In this document: piece after piece, positions 40,900-54,370 of the stretch
Position numbering within the stretch: the stretch's first letter is position 1
How the letters are laid out: every line of letters begins with the position of its first letter
DNA from: Eledone cirrhosa
Lineage: Eukaryota
Assembly: GCA_964016885.1 (NCBI GenBank)
Contig: OZ024741.1
Location: forward strand, 340,442,001 to 340,506,000
DNA: 64,000 nt
Direction: 5' to 3'
Made by a program: the position numbers and the translations under genes
The notes under the pieces: model-generated
Seen by the model: only the letters and a program-made list of their open reading frames with translations
What the model was told of the DNA's origin: nothing
Database searches by the model: none

Positions 40900-41540
40900 T
40901 TCCTTGCTCCCAAGTAAGCAGCCATCACCATCTACGTTAAAACATTCTTGGATCACTTCCCCTAGAAAACAGGCTTTCCAGTCTATTTCCTAGATGCACA
41001 TCATCGATATTAGTTTTCCTCCAATCTGACACAACTGCATCTCCTATCTTCTAAGAACCTTAATTTTCCCTCTTTTAATCGTGATCATAACCCACGTGAC
41101 CCTTTGTTCAGTAGCTTCATATCTAACGACGCCCAATCTGGAACACTCGACTGTTCCAACTCTCGTTGTAACACCTGTTATTTTATTTATATCATCACAA
41201 CTTTACGCGGACCTATATTCACTTCCATGACGTCGGCCAATTCATCTGTACCTCCTGTAGTGTTAGTAATTGTATGAACACTTTAGCATTTAAACGGGCC
41301 GTATCCGGTCAGAATTCTCTCACCTCTTTCTCTTCAAGCTGGCTGTAACCGGCCACTTATACTGATGTTAAGGTATTGTTCTCAAAATAAATAATATCAA
41401 AATTTCGTAGATTCGATATTATGTGAGATAAAGCCTTTACCACAAAAATACAGTAGTATATATAGAGTAATGTAAATGCTAAAGCGGTTAAATGCAAACT
41501 TTGCAATAATTCCCTTTCTGTTTTTGGTTAAATCACACGG
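40900..41540 (+). mobile_element. Old Neptune-type PLE fragment (Cys linker plus start of GIY-YIG), interrupted by a MITE
   Basis: Reading GTLDCSNSRCNTC...GP...FICTSCSV.NC.[MITE]CKLCNN. Confidence 0.55.
41278..41490. mobile_element. piggyBac-like MITE
   Basis: TIRs CTTTAGCATTTA ... TAAATGCTAAAG, right end followed by TTAA; homologous to the copy at 13531. Confidence 0.65.
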
Positions 41541-41541
41541 C

Positions 41542-41793
41542 CAGGGCCGGATTTAATGGAGGGCAATTGTCCCAGGCCCCCCGCAGTGAGAGGGGCACCA
41601 GCGACGGCCGTAGCAATTTATTTGTGCTCTCAGCTGGGCTTTTTAGTTTTAGGATAGTTATCCAATTACTTACGCCAAGCTAACTTTGACATGTAAAATT
41701 AGGGTGGGGCTGCTGTGTATTGTATTTTTGGGGGTATGACGCCCCCCTCCCCCAACCTGAAGCACTTTACCCCCTAGTCAAAATCCAACCCTG
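41542..41793. mobile_element. hAT-like MITE
   Basis: TIRs CAGGGCCGGATTT / AAATCCAACCCTG; imperfect 8-bp TSD CACACGGC / CACACAGT. Confidence 0.65.
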
Positions 41794-42746
41794 CACACAG
41801 TGTTCCTCTTTCATCATACCCCTTGGTGAATAACAATTAATTTTTCTTGGTAAACAAACACTTGCTCTCTGGTATCAACAGTCTGTTATTTTTTGCTTCT
41901 AATTCTCTCACACTCATACGAGTACAAATACATTCATATCCTTTTCTGTCTATAATCCTCTCTTATTACACTCGGAAATCCCAAACCAACTTATCTACTT
42001 CCTTCATCTAGTATTACCACGACACTTTGATATCTTCTCTATCTTGATATTTCGATTTCCACACGATAAAATGTAAATTTATTTTACGCAGTTTTCAATT
42101 ACTTTGTTACACAATTAGAGACAGGCGGACAAACATACTTTACAGAATGATGGAAAAAATGAGACAGAGAGATAGATATTTATGTATAAAATAAAATAGA
42201 TAGATGAAATGAGAGGTTGAGAGTGGGGTGTTATAATAGAAAGACACCCTACCGATTTCTGTGGGAAATATATTTTCTTCGCTTTTTTTTTTTCGTGTGT
42301 TTTCAATTAAACTTACCTCCTAATACCGTCCTAAGGACTTATTCCTCGGATGGAGGGGGTGACCATCGGACACCGCCTCCCTTCGCCTTCGAGTTTTCTT
42401 CGCACTTTCTTTTTCCCTCAGTGTTTTCATGTGTTACCAACTAATCTTACCCCCGAACATGCTACAAAGGACCGTTTCCCACGGAAAACGGAAGGGAAGA
42501 GGGGGGGGGGGCTCAGATTTTCCACTTCTCTTCCCGGGTTTACGATTAGAGTTGGGGTTAAGGTTGTGTAGTTGTTATTCTAAAGCCTGGCCTTGTTACA
42601 TTTTCTATCACACCGATACTGCTTACAAATTCCGTTGAGGGTAGGCATTAATTCGCGAGTCGGATGTTTAGATGATCAAACGACTGAATACTCCCCGCCA
42701 AAACCAGCGAGGATCCATCTCTCTTTCTCTCTCCCACATATATATA

Positions 42747-42784
<38 letters not shown>

Positions 42785-42826
42785 GTATATATATATATAT
42801 GTGTGTGTGTGTATATATATATATAT

Positions 42827-43032
42827 ATAGGAACGAGTAGGACCCCGACGGCTGAGCTCAAGCCGTTTCGACGGCTAATTCTGGACTAAATGTCTAGTCC
42901 AGAATTAGCCGTCGAAACGGCTTGAGCTCAGCCGTCGGGGTCCTACTCGTTCCTATTACCCACTCTACTACCCTAAGTATTGAGTACTTTGGTGCGTTAT
43001 GGTCCACCTGGTTCCTTACCACATTTCCTTCG

Positions 43033-43033
<1 letters not shown>
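42827..43033 (+). mobile_element. Mini fold-back PLE-derived insertion: perfect 62-bp inverted repeat, hammerhead 3' half and tail
   Basis: Arms 42827-42888 and 42895-42956, loop AATGTC; right arm GAAA-CGGCT-TGAGCTC-AGCCG-TC-GGGGTCC; bulged hairpin 42962-42985; flanked by (TA)n. Confidence 0.8.
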
Positions 43034-43067
<34 letters not shown>

Positions 43068-43280
43068 CATATATATCATTCAATGGCTAAGTGGGGAGTT
43101 TTGTTACTCTGCAGTTTCACCTGCGAGTGCGCAGGTGAAACTGCAGAGTAACACACACACACGCACGTATTTATATTTACAGATACACGCGTGCAACCTA
43201 ATATATTCCTTCCATATACTGTACCGATTGTGTTGTTATTTCTGCTTACCCTTTACACACACATACATACATACATACAT

Positions 43281-43328
<48 letters not shown>

Positions 43329-45007
43329 CGAGTGAGACTTAAGTAAACACGGACATAATATTATATAAAAACATGCTAATGAGAAATTAACGCGTTAGTT
43401 ATTAGTTGTTAATGTCCATAGGAATAATACGTGTCTGTATTGCATAATTCGTCGTGAATTATTTCAGACATGCCAACTATCTCTTTACAACGTTGTATTT
43501 ATCAGATCACTGATGGCGTCTCATAGTTGGATGTTGTTTACCTTGACTTTGCTAAAGCTTTTAATTCATGCTTCCTGAAATTTGCCAACACTACACCTGA
43601 TATCCTCCCTCCATATACACGCACACATGTATATCATGACTCATACACTATTCACTTTCCTGACATTTGTACATTATTCTATGTACTATACATGCACCTT
43701 TGATGAGTTGTAGTGCACATAAGCACTGTACACAATAATTTCATTATTATTATTTAATAGAAAAAAGAGATGGCAACCATCTCTTTAGAAGATTGTATCC
43801 ATATTTTATTTTTTAATGAACTTCTATTACATCTATAACCTGGGTCGTGCTAACTCGTGGCCAGGTCCCTGGCCTTTTAAACATTTCGAGCCCCACTTAC
43901 CTATCAATCTACAATAGTGAAAGCAGGTTAACAATTCTATAAAAGAAAATGACAGGCTTCTAGTTCCAGCAGGCTCCCAATCTATAGCCGATTCAGTCAT
44001 GTGAATATTTCCCCTCTGCCTGTAATTAGCCCTTTACTTTAGTAATGAGAAATTATATAATCTCCATTTGACTGGAAAATCATTATAGACCTTGTAATGA
44101 CATTACAACAATAGGATACACAGCAATTAGGACAAAATCTGGGCGTCTTGCAGTACAGAAAGTGCACTAATCACCCGTGGCTAGTGTTTTACTGCCAGTA
44201 GTTTTCGAGTTGCGATTACCTTCAAATATGTCATCTGTTCTGAGCCATGTGATTAGTAGATCGGGTGGTCAGCAGATCGAGAGATAACCGTGCATAGATG
44301 CAATCTGCATTTACATCTGCATACACATGACACTAACTAACAAGCTTCTTTCACTCATATCACACAGACTCATTTTGCATAACTCCCTACAGTATGCCTC
44401 ACATCAAACAGATGCACTTGCATTTTTACACACGCATCATGCAACTTGTGGAATGCTTGCGACTTGTGAATGTATGCAGACATGGTATTTTTCTGTTGTT
44501 TCTTTGCTCAACTCACCATTGCTGTCGTTCCCCATCTGTGCCATCATTGACTTACTGCTCCCATTTGTTTGATCGTATCAATTGGTGTTTTACCAGCAAT
44601 TTAGATAGATGGGTGGGGTTAACGTAGTGACCTCATTCACATCGTCATGTAACAGGTGATATTTTAGTGTTTTACGGTTTTTCCACGAGTATTATTTGAA
44701 TCAATAAAAACCCAGTAGTTTGTAAGTCATTTTAATTATATAAAGTCAAAGACATGGGAACCCCCCCCCCCTCTCTCTTTCTCTCTCTCTCTCTCACTCT
44801 TAGTTCTCACACGACACCTGGTAGTTCAAACAGCTACGAACACAACCATCAATGTTAGAGTGTTCCATTTTGCAAACTACTGGCAAATCATCTCATGTTG
44901 ATTACGTATGTGTTCAAGTTGATGAAATAACGAAGTATGCCGAATTATAGGTCAATCAAATAATTGTTTCTACTTTTGGCACAAGGCCAGCAATTATCCC
45001 AGTAAAA

Positions 45008-47807
45008 TCTAAAATATAATAAAGGAAGGTCTGCGGGACTGCGTACGTTTTTTTTTTTTTTTTATCCCGTTAGTAAAATAAGTTGGATTACTTTGAATAA
45101 ATAATGAATGAATATTACATAATTTATCTACTAAATTTTGTAAACAAAAATAATTTCGTAAAAATAAATAATTTAAAATTGACTTCTTTTCAAAGTTGCA
45201 CTTCCGGTATATCGTTGCCACCACCACCACTTCAACTACCATATATATAGAAAGAGAGAGTGTGTGATGTCAACACTTCCGGTGGCGATCACTTAAATAA
45301 ACATACTAAATTTCTGTCAGTAATTTTCTCCTAATGCAGTTTATATATAATATACACATATACTCGTACTTCCTTGTGATGAAAGAATGGTATTTAACTA
45401 ATGTATTGGTACGCGATGGGGCCCACACACAGCCCCGGCGGACAGAATAGAGAAGGCGTTTCCCCGGAGGACGGCAAGGGAGACGCGCTGGAAAAGCCAC
45501 TCCAAATCGCGGGGCTCACACCTACGGCTGGCCAGCTCAGCGCCTATGGTGGTGAGTAAGGAGGTAGCCCTGGGACCGAGGACACCAGAAGTTTCCACTG
45601 CCAGGGGAACGACCACAAACCTGTCGGAGAGCGACCGGTATTTGAGGAGTTTGGCCCCCTCAGCCCGAAGTGCAGCAGAACCTGGGGCAGTCGCAGACTG
45701 CACCAGGCTGCGACTGCAGAAAGTGTCGGTGCAAGTGGCATCCCAGATGAGAGGTTCGCCACCGCGGAACGGGAAGATGGTCATGCCATCTGGCCTTTTG
45801 CCGTCCCCTCGAGCTGGCAAGGGAAGCCTGCAGCGTCCAAGTCACGCTTAATGACCTCGTTGATGGCAGCATGGCGTGGAATGCGGCCGGCACTGTGGCG
45901 ACAGGAAAGCGGGTGGAGGCCGAAAGAGTCCACGGTGGAACCGCAGTGACATTGGTGTGGCTGGCAGATCCGGAGGCCGAGCCTCAGGGAAACGCCGATT
46001 CACAGGCTATGGTTGTCTAGCTGCGTGCCAGTGGAGAAGGAGGGCAGAGCATGGAGCCAGGCACCACTGTGGGGTTTGGAGGCCGCACGAAAACAAGCAA
46101 GGCGGTGCTGGTCGAGCTGGCGCATGAGCCTCACTGGATGGCATCCCAGGTGCGTTGGGGGACTTGACGTCAACAAGGGGAGAAGGAGGAGGGACGTATA
46201 CTGGGCTAAGTCCCAGCCGGTCCCACGTCTCACAGGCGGCCTCACGTCCTCTGAACACAGAGGGTTCTGTTGTGTTTTGAAGAACCCTGCTGACGAGGAC
46301 GCGGCACGAGGTTACCGACGAAAGATACGCCGGCAAAGATAGTGAGATCGGTGACCGGAGGCTTAGGCCGCCATACCTGACCGGTAAAGTGGCCTGTTGC
46401 CACACTATGTCGTCAAACTTGACGTTGCATATCCTCTCGGCTGCTGCTCGGATGCAAGTATCGAGGTCAGCGAGGAGAGATGTATGGGTATAGCATGGAG
46501 CGCTGCGGAGTGTATAGAGGAGCTTCGGCATGGCGAAGCAGTTCCTCAGCAGAAAGAGAGCTGGGTGGCCGTCAATCAAGTCCAGTCGGCTCGTGAGAGT
46601 CTGGAGCTGTTGAAGCCTGGACCTGATGGTGGAGCGGCTGGATCGGTGACCCGAGGATGAGGACATCCTCTTTGGGGGTCACGTGAACCTGGCGGAGAAT
46701 GGACCGCACGTCCAAGACGGAGGCTGCAAGGCTCGGAGCATCGAGGCTGACGTTCACCACCTCCGACTTGGCCGAGTTGACCTGGAGGCCGATTCCCGCC
46801 AGGCCAGGAATCACCGATTGAAGGTCTTGGCAGACCGTCCGTACGGGCCCTTCCAACGTAGCATCATCCAGATACCAAATGTTGAGAGGGGCCGTGATAC
46901 TCCGGTCGATGTGGTCAATACCAAGGACGAACAGGAGGGGTCCTAAAGGGTCGCCCTGTTGGACCCCAGTAGCCGAGGGTATGACCGTATCAGCAGCTAG
47001 GAGCATGCTCGGGGCTCCATATGACGGGTAGACAGAGGGGGCTCGGCTGAGGCAGGCTTTGTAAAGAGTTAAAGGCATTCCTCATGTCAAGCTTGACAAT
47101 GAGGTGCCTGGAGTCCCTGGATGCCGGTACCGATGGGCAGCTGCTGAAGAACTGACTGATTGCATGAGAGGCTCCCTCACAGTCACCGGACACGCCGACA
47201 CCCAGTTGCACCGGACTAAACTCCTCACCCAGTTCGTGTGTGACGAACTTGCAGATCACCTTGGCAGCCAGCCTCTGGAAGACATTGCCCACAACAATGG
47301 GGCGTATGCCACCCTCTTTCTTCCTGAGAGCGGTGAGGCTGGCCGAAAAAAAGAGGCCTCGGGCGTAAGGGCGAGGGCACCATGAATGAGCCTATTGGTG
47401 AGCGCCACAATTGCACTCAGAAGGCGGCGCCCGGCCTCAGCGGAGAGGAGGGATGTCAACTCCTTGGGGTGGTCTTGTCGGAGACCATCAACACCTCTGC
47501 AGCTGCTAGCTGGGAAGGACCTGATCGCGGACATGATATCTGCATCAGTAGCCACAAGGAGCAGGTGGGGATCGGGTGGGGTTAAGGGTCTGAGATTTAT
47601 AATATCGTCTTTTTTTAATGTATCATGGATTACGTTACTGATTACATAAGACAGTGTAACAACGTCTTCGTTCAATTTCTGTTTATATTGTCAATTACGA
47701 TTTTATTTGATGTATCATATCTACATGTATATATACTTGTGTATAATATCAATATACACACTACACATGCTAGCAGAAAACCACCTGAAGGGTGGTTTTT
47801 CTGCTAG
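45008..47807 (+). mobile_element. Non-autonomous Helitron containing a CRE retroelement
   Basis: A|TCTAAAATATAATAAAG start, subterminal hairpin AAAACCACC-TGAAG-GGTGGTTTT, CTAG|T end; both ends homologous to 18238-18799. Confidence 0.75.
45380..47592 (-). mobile_element. CRE-clade non-LTR retrotransposon (RT, Cys/His finger, restriction-like endonuclease), 5'-truncated and frameshifted
   Basis: [77 protein letters not shown]...WDATCTD, PLAVETSGVLGP, FQRVSLAVLRGNA; locally GC-rich. Confidence 0.88.
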
Positions 47808-48059
47808 TAATATTTAATGGTCGCACACTTTCACATCTTTTTATTTTATGACGATTTTTTTTACCTGGGCAGTGGTATATTATCCTTTCTGTTCACTTTA
47901 CTGAATCCAATGAAGAAATCAAATGGAAATAAGGAGGAGGAATACGTTCCAAATTCACAATAATATTGGGGTTAAATAGAGAAAGACTTTTTATGATTGA
48001 AATTTATAACCGAAAACAGATTTTCCTAGATCTTTCGACTCACGCAGTGTAAGCCTAAG

Positions 48060-49225
48060 GTGTTCTTTGAACTATCCAACGAGCCTGGTGGTAAGTTCCT
48101 TGGACCGAAAAGGAGAATGAGATGGAGAAGGGAGAGTTTTATGAACTCGGCATAGTCTTCTCGGATGATGTCTATAAAACAGTACAGTCAGTAAATATCT
48201 AACCATCTCCTTCATACTAGTAAAAATCTTCCATAGGATCATCATCGTCCAGGATAGTTTTATAAGGAGATTTATCGACGGAGTCCCAGCGTTTCTGGAA
48301 CTTTTTGAACATTGGAATACCGGGACCGGATAATGAGAAAAGATCTTCAGTTGAAGAATGTGATGGCAGCAAGCCAGCCACAAAAGGAATTGTTTCAAAG
48401 CTGCTTTAATTTTCGTATTAGCTTCTTGGTGCATGCTGGTGTTACTGGTGATGGTGTCGAAGGACTTACTAATTATTCTATCCTCAATTTTGCGTCGTTG
48501 AATTTCTTTCAAAACAATTTCAGGGATATGTTGTCCAGTTCGATATCTTGCAATCGGTACACATAATAGCGCTTCCTTTCCTTTTCTTGTAATTAAAACT
48601 GCAATCCAATCTTCGAGTGTGTTGGATTGGGAAGTGGATGGTAATAATTTTCCATACCAGTGGAGGACTAGCCAGAATCTGCCTTCAGGTGAGAAAGCGG
48701 ATAACTCGATTTCCTGTGTCATCTTCTCACGGCGACTGGTGCTTGCTCGATAAACTGTTAAGGGGGAGATAGAGAGTTCAGACACATCATGACCAAGTCT
48801 CTTCGCCATTGTGATGTAAGAAGTACGTGCTTATCGTACCGATAGTTTCTCACGTACTCACGAGGCAACAAGAGTGGTGTCGAGAGTCAGCTTTATTGGC
48901 GGTGATTTTCGGCGCGGTGCTGACTTGAAGATTTCATTATCATTAATAGTTGAGGTGGATGAGGAATTTAAAGAGCTACTTTCTCGGACATCTTGACTTT
49001 TCATCCTACTTTTTCTTTCTTACTTTCATATCATGAATCTTCTTTTCCTTCTTCTGAATGGCTCTCACATGTTCTGCTTCAACACCTGTGAGGAATGAAG
49101 ACATCCGATCTTCCTTTCGTTCGAGAACGTCTTGGCTTGCACTGTCAAAAGTTTCCTCGAGATCACCATTCCAAATCTCATGATTTGCAGTTATTTTGTC
49201 AGTCATCCTTGAACATTTTTTCGGT
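48060..49225 (-). pseudogene. Degenerate DDE DNA transposase, hAT-like with CxxH motif
   Basis: VLHW(Y)GKLLP...SFDT.TSNT...LLWLACCHHIL; disrupted by frameshifts; family assignment is from memory of motifs only. Confidence 0.6.
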
Positions 49226-49234
49226 CCTTGATTC

Positions 49235-49310
49235 TTTCTTCTTCTTCTTCTTCTTCTTCTTCTTCTTCTTCTTCTTCTTCTTCTTCTTCTTCTTCTTCTT
49301 CTTCTTCTTC
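49235..49310. repeat. (TTC)n microsatellite
   Basis: Direct reading. Confidence 0.95.
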
Positions 49311-49442
49311 TTTATATACATACATGTATACGTTTATGTGTATAGAGTTGTGTTGTAAATTGTTTTGATACGATGTTAGTTAAAATGTATGTTATCACCA
49401 CAGTTTATAATCACCAATATGGCCTTTTAAATGCTCATAAAC

Positions 49443-50870
49443 TAGGGAATGCTCATGGATCTTATCCAACCATCTTGCTCGGGGTCTTCCTTGGGTCTCC
49501 TGCCTGTTGGTTTCGCCTGTAAAATCTGTCCAGAGATTCTTTCCTGCGACATTCTAGCCACATGCCCATAGTATCGGAGCTGTGATCTCTCAATTCGACG
49601 AAGTAGCGGCTCTACGTGGCGTGAATCTCTGATCTCTGAGCTACGTACTTTATCTAGTAATCTTATTCCAAAGATCCTTCGGAGGAATCCCATTTCGGCC
49701 GCTTATATTCGCGATCGTATTCTTTCGGTCATTACCCAAGATTCATGATCTATGGTAAGGGATGGCATGAATAGCGAATTGAAGAGAGCGAGTTTGGCTT
49801 TTACGCCTACCTTCCTTCTTCTAATTACTGAATGCTGAAGCTGATGCATTACTGCACTAGCTCCTGCAATTCTTGCACTTAATTCAGCCTCCTGCCTTCC
49901 ATCACTCGTGAGCACTGCTCCAAGGTACTTGAACTTCTCTACCTGCTTCAGTGAAACTCCATTCACATGTAAAGTGCACTGTGCAGGCTTCCTTGAGAGG
50001 ATGAGTGTCTCAGTTTTCGCAGCACTGATTTTCATTCCAGCCATGCAGCACTCGGCATCAAATCTATCAAGTGCAGTCGAAGATCATCTTCTGTCGGGTT
50101 GAGTGTCGTCTGCAAATTCTAGCCGACTGATTTTACACCCACCAGCCATGATACTACTTCGCCTGTCAATTCTGTTCATGTAAAAAATTAACCAGAGAAG
50201 TGACAGCACGCACCCTTGGCGAAGTCCGACTCCCACATTGAATGGTTTTGAGTTTATCCGAACACAAATACTCGGGCATTCGTATAGAGAGATTAGAGCA
50301 GCAAGAAGCTCACCATTAATCCCATACACCTGCACAACCTTCCACAGCAGGTCCCGATGAGCGTGGTCATATGGCTTCTCAAGGTCGACAAAACAAGAAT
50401 ATACCTCTTGGCAATACTTCCACGATTTCTTGAAGACCTGCCACAGTGTGAATATTTGGTCGGCTGTGCTGCGCCCGGGGTGAAAACCACACTGTTCATC
50501 GGCTAGCTTGGACTCGACAATCTCCCTGCATCTCTTTCCCGGACACTTAGCATAGACTTTACCGGCGAGGCTTAATAAAGAGATCCCTCTGTAATTGGTA
50601 CAATCTCACTTGTCACCCATTTTGAAAATTGGGATTATCACTTCCGATTGTCATTCCTTAGGTGTCTTTCTAGAAATCCAGGCCATCCGGCACACACGAG
50701 TCAGCCAGAGAATATCTTCTCTATTTAAGGTTTTTAACATCTGGGACCAAATTTCATCTTCCCCAGTAGCTTTGCCACATTTGAGCTCTTTGACTGCTCT
50801 TGCGACTTCAGCCCCTGAGGAAGATGTTCTTGTAAGCCTTGATGAAGATTTCCACCAATTCTTCATAGTT
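49443..50870 (-). mobile_element. Degenerate RTE-clade LINE, RT region
   Basis: LKCGKATGEDEI, VGVGLRQGCVLS, LEFADD, VEKFKYLG.VLTSDG, RSQLRYYGHVARM in successive broken ORFs. Confidence 0.88.
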
Positions 50871-51019
50871 TCCTTCCCTTCTGTTTCCGAGAAATTCCTT
50901 CGCCACCAATTTGAATACTTCCCAAGCAGCTTTCTCCTTCCCATGAAGGGTTGATTCAAAGTCACAATATTTAAGAAGCTCTCGAATCTAAGGACCAATG
51001 AAGACTCCACCTTTTATCT

Positions 51020-52020
51020 TAGCCTTGCTCAGTGAGGAGAATTTTTAGGTTTAATACTTGAATCCCTGACTGGATTTGTCCATAGCTTTTACAAAGTTTT
51101 TCATGAGCCCTAGTTTTGTGTAGCAGTAATAGCAAAATTTAGTTTGGTTCAATGAGAGGTGAATGTTGAACATTTTTTATGCCTGGCTCCAATGATTGAC
51201 GAGGTAGCCAGTCTCTCCTGATATAGTGGGAACTTCTTGCGTGGCTCTCCCATTCACACAGAAAGCAGCAGTACTTGGAGTACCCGTCCTGCAAGCCCAT
51301 CACAAGAGCAACAACGTTTAAGTCACCACAGAGCTGTCATTGATGTTCATCATATTTTATGCATTGCAACATATGCTTTATATTCTCATAAGTTTCTTTC
51401 ATATGTGATGCATAGCCCACAGGAACTGATGGTTTACTATTGCCATTATGCAGTAATACACCTTTCAGACTAACTTTTGATGAATCTATGAACAGCGTCC
51501 AGTGACTGGGTTCGTATTCAATATTAAGTGCTTCCATCATACCATTAATATTGTTGCAGGCCAATAAATCCCTTCCATTATGAAGAAATTGCTGAACTGC
51601 TGCTGACGGTCACAAAATTTTGAAATATTCACATCAACTGCTAGGACATTCCTTTGCCGAAGACGAGAGCCCAGCAGCTCTGCCTTGTTCTTAGGTAGTT
51701 GTAGATACCTCACAAGGTCATGGAGTGTTCCTTGTGTTATGAGATGTGGTCTAGAAGAGTTTGCTTCATCAAAATTTGGGTCACTCTGTAATCCAGCAAT
51801 GTCATCCTTCTCTGTTTCCTCCACATCACTTCCTTCATCTGACTCAAAGGATACCAAAGTTGGTTCATCAAGAACAGGTAGACCTTCTCCAGGTGGAACT
51901 GGGCGAATAGCTGATGGAATGTTTCGATATTCAATGGATTTCTTTTTCTTATTTGACAAGCCCTTTTTTACTGGAGGTACCATGCTGAAATTGTTTCCAT
52001 CATTGGTACAAAGACAGCAA
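51020..52020 (-). pseudogene. Degenerate DNA transposase, Chapaev/Transib(RAG)-like
   Basis: Y.NIPSAIRPVP, LFIDSSKVSLKGVLLHNGN.KPSVP, CGDL, GYSKYCCFLCEW, LH.KLGLMKNFVKAM; superfamily assignment inferred. Confidence 0.6.
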
Positions 52021-52660
52021 TTTGAGAGGGGGAAAAAATCGATTATATCGGCACTAATACTTTACATGCACTTTATTCTATCAACCCCGGAAGGACGAAA
52101 TGCAAATTTGACCTCGACGGTATTTGAACGCAGAACGTCGTAACCACATTGAGAAAAAAATTTGTTCGACGCTTTCTACCGCGCTTTTTTATGTATAAAA
52201 TAAAAGTATCAATGGGAAATGTTTTTGCAATTTATTCCATTCAGCCTGTCCACCATATATGAAATACACACAATACACAACCTATACAGCCGCTGGTATG
52301 AATGTGCATTGTTTAGTGGTTAGTGTATTTGGCTCATGGTCGTATAATGGATTTCCCTTTGTGTTGTTTCCTTGGGCAACGTCTGTTATTTCACGTTGTT
52401 TCAGTTCACGTAGCCGAAAAAGAATTAGTCATACCTGTAATTAAATGTACCAGCCATGTTACATCCCGTGTCTCGCAGAATCTCCTTGGCAATGACGTTG
52501 ACGGTATACGTCTGTTAAATGGTCAGTGACTTGCATGTTCATTTCATGAGCACATTTCCTTTGATCAAATAACTGCACTTTCTGTCGTATGATTATGATA
52601 TGATGTACTTGGTGAAACGCCTGTAGAATGGAATAATTGTATATATAATTGTATTTATAA

Positions 52661-52720
<60 letters not shown>

Positions 52721-53695
52721 GAGTATAACCGAAGTTGCAGCTGCACAATAGCAAATGAACAATCGAATTATCGGAGGCTGTCACAAAGCATTCAATGAGT
52801 GAGTAATTGATAAATTTCTCCTCAGAGTGAACACAAAAAGTTAAGGAATAATGACACCATGAATAAAACGAACAGAGGCATGTTACCACAGTAATGCAAC
52901 AACGACGATATATACAAACAGGTCGAAGAAAAACCTGGACTTTCTCGATAGCTATGAATCGATTAATATCTTCGAAAGGTTTCTGGGATTTCAGAGAGGT
53001 ACATTCCAAGTTGCGTAACGTATATGCAAGTCAGTAATGCATCTGATGATGGAACGGAGATATTCTTTTGTCAACAGGTTTTACGTTCCAAGTATCCGCT
53101 TTCTTCGGGTTCTGAGACAGCTTGGGAGTTACCAGTTTAGACGAATAAGACCATTGTACAACTAAATACGTGATACTTGGGAAAGTAGAGTGGCAGTATT
53201 TTAAAGAGTTAGTTGCCGTTCGACGACGAATGGATAACTAAATTATTTTTTCCTTTTCAGCTATTTACGAAATCCTGTCTCTTCTGAGGCGGGGTCCTAG
53301 TTTGATTGACGTGTAGGGTAAGTGGAGAAATGGGTGAAGTAGTGGCTGAGGGAGGAGGAGGAAAATTACAGAGAATACATTTTTTTTTAGTCCTCTTGCC
53401 GACTGTCTCGATTGGAGCGGCTGGAAGTCGTGGATGTTAATGTTGGGGCGGGTGGAACAAAGTGTAAGGTGATGATGAAGAAAAACACAATGGGGCTGTG
53501 GCTATGGTGACGAACTCAATGACAGCTTCAGTGGTGGCAACGTGAACGATCAAAATGATGAGGGAAGTGGTATGGTCATGAGAGACAGGTTCATGATGTG
53601 GGTGTGAAATCACGGTTGTATAAATAATTCTCTTATCCATTGACGTTGAAATCGCAAGAGCTCAGCCGTATCGTCGCAATGTGAATACATATAGT

Positions 53696-54296
53696 TCTTC
53701 TTCGTCCACTTATTCCTGAATGGGCCGTGGGGGTCAGAGTCCTCAAACACTCCTTCTAGTAGGTCCTGTCAGAAGCAGGCGTCTCCAGCTGATCCGGCTG
53801 GAACCCCATGCGAGACCAGCCTAGATCATGGATGTTATCCAACCATCTTGCTCGGGGTCTACTCCCGGGTATCCTGTCGGAGGGTTTTGCCCGTAAAATC
53901 TCTCCAGCGATTCTTTCCTGAGACATTCTAACTACAAGCCCATAGTATCGGAGCTGTAACTTCTCAATTCGGAGGTCTCTCTGATCTCCGTGGAGTGTCT
54001 CTCTGATCTTTGAGCTATACACTCTATCGAATAACGCTACTCAAAAGACCCTTCTGAAGGACCCCATTTCGGCCTCTTGTTTTCGCGATCGTATTCTTTC
54101 GGTCATTACCCAAGATTCATGACCATAATTAAAGGTTCCCACGAATACTGAATTGGAGATAACGAATTTGGTCTTTACACTTTTTTCCCTTCTTATTCTT
54201 GAATGCTGGATCTGCTGCATCACTGCACCAGCTCCTGCAATTCTTGCACTTAATTCAGCCTTCTGCCTTCCATCACTCGTGAACACAACCCCATGC
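53696..54296 (-). mobile_element. RTE LINE 3' fragment of the same family as 49443-50870
   Basis: GVVFTSDGRQKAELSARIAGAG...YGHESWVMTERIRSR...QLRYYG; (GAA)n tail. Confidence 0.85.
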
Positions 54297-54299
54297 AGC

Positions 54300-54322
54300 A
54301 GTATTATTATTATTATTATTAT

Positions 54323-54370
<48 letters not shown>

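Noticed and set aside
52575-52632. GAAA-CGCCTG-TA-GAA resembling a hammerhead 3' half
   Set aside because: No intact CUGANGA or stem II upstream
53043-53100. CTGATGA followed by a TGGAACG/CGTTCCA stem
   Set aside because: No GAAA after the stem (it reads AGTA) and no stem I or III; at best a decayed hammerhead
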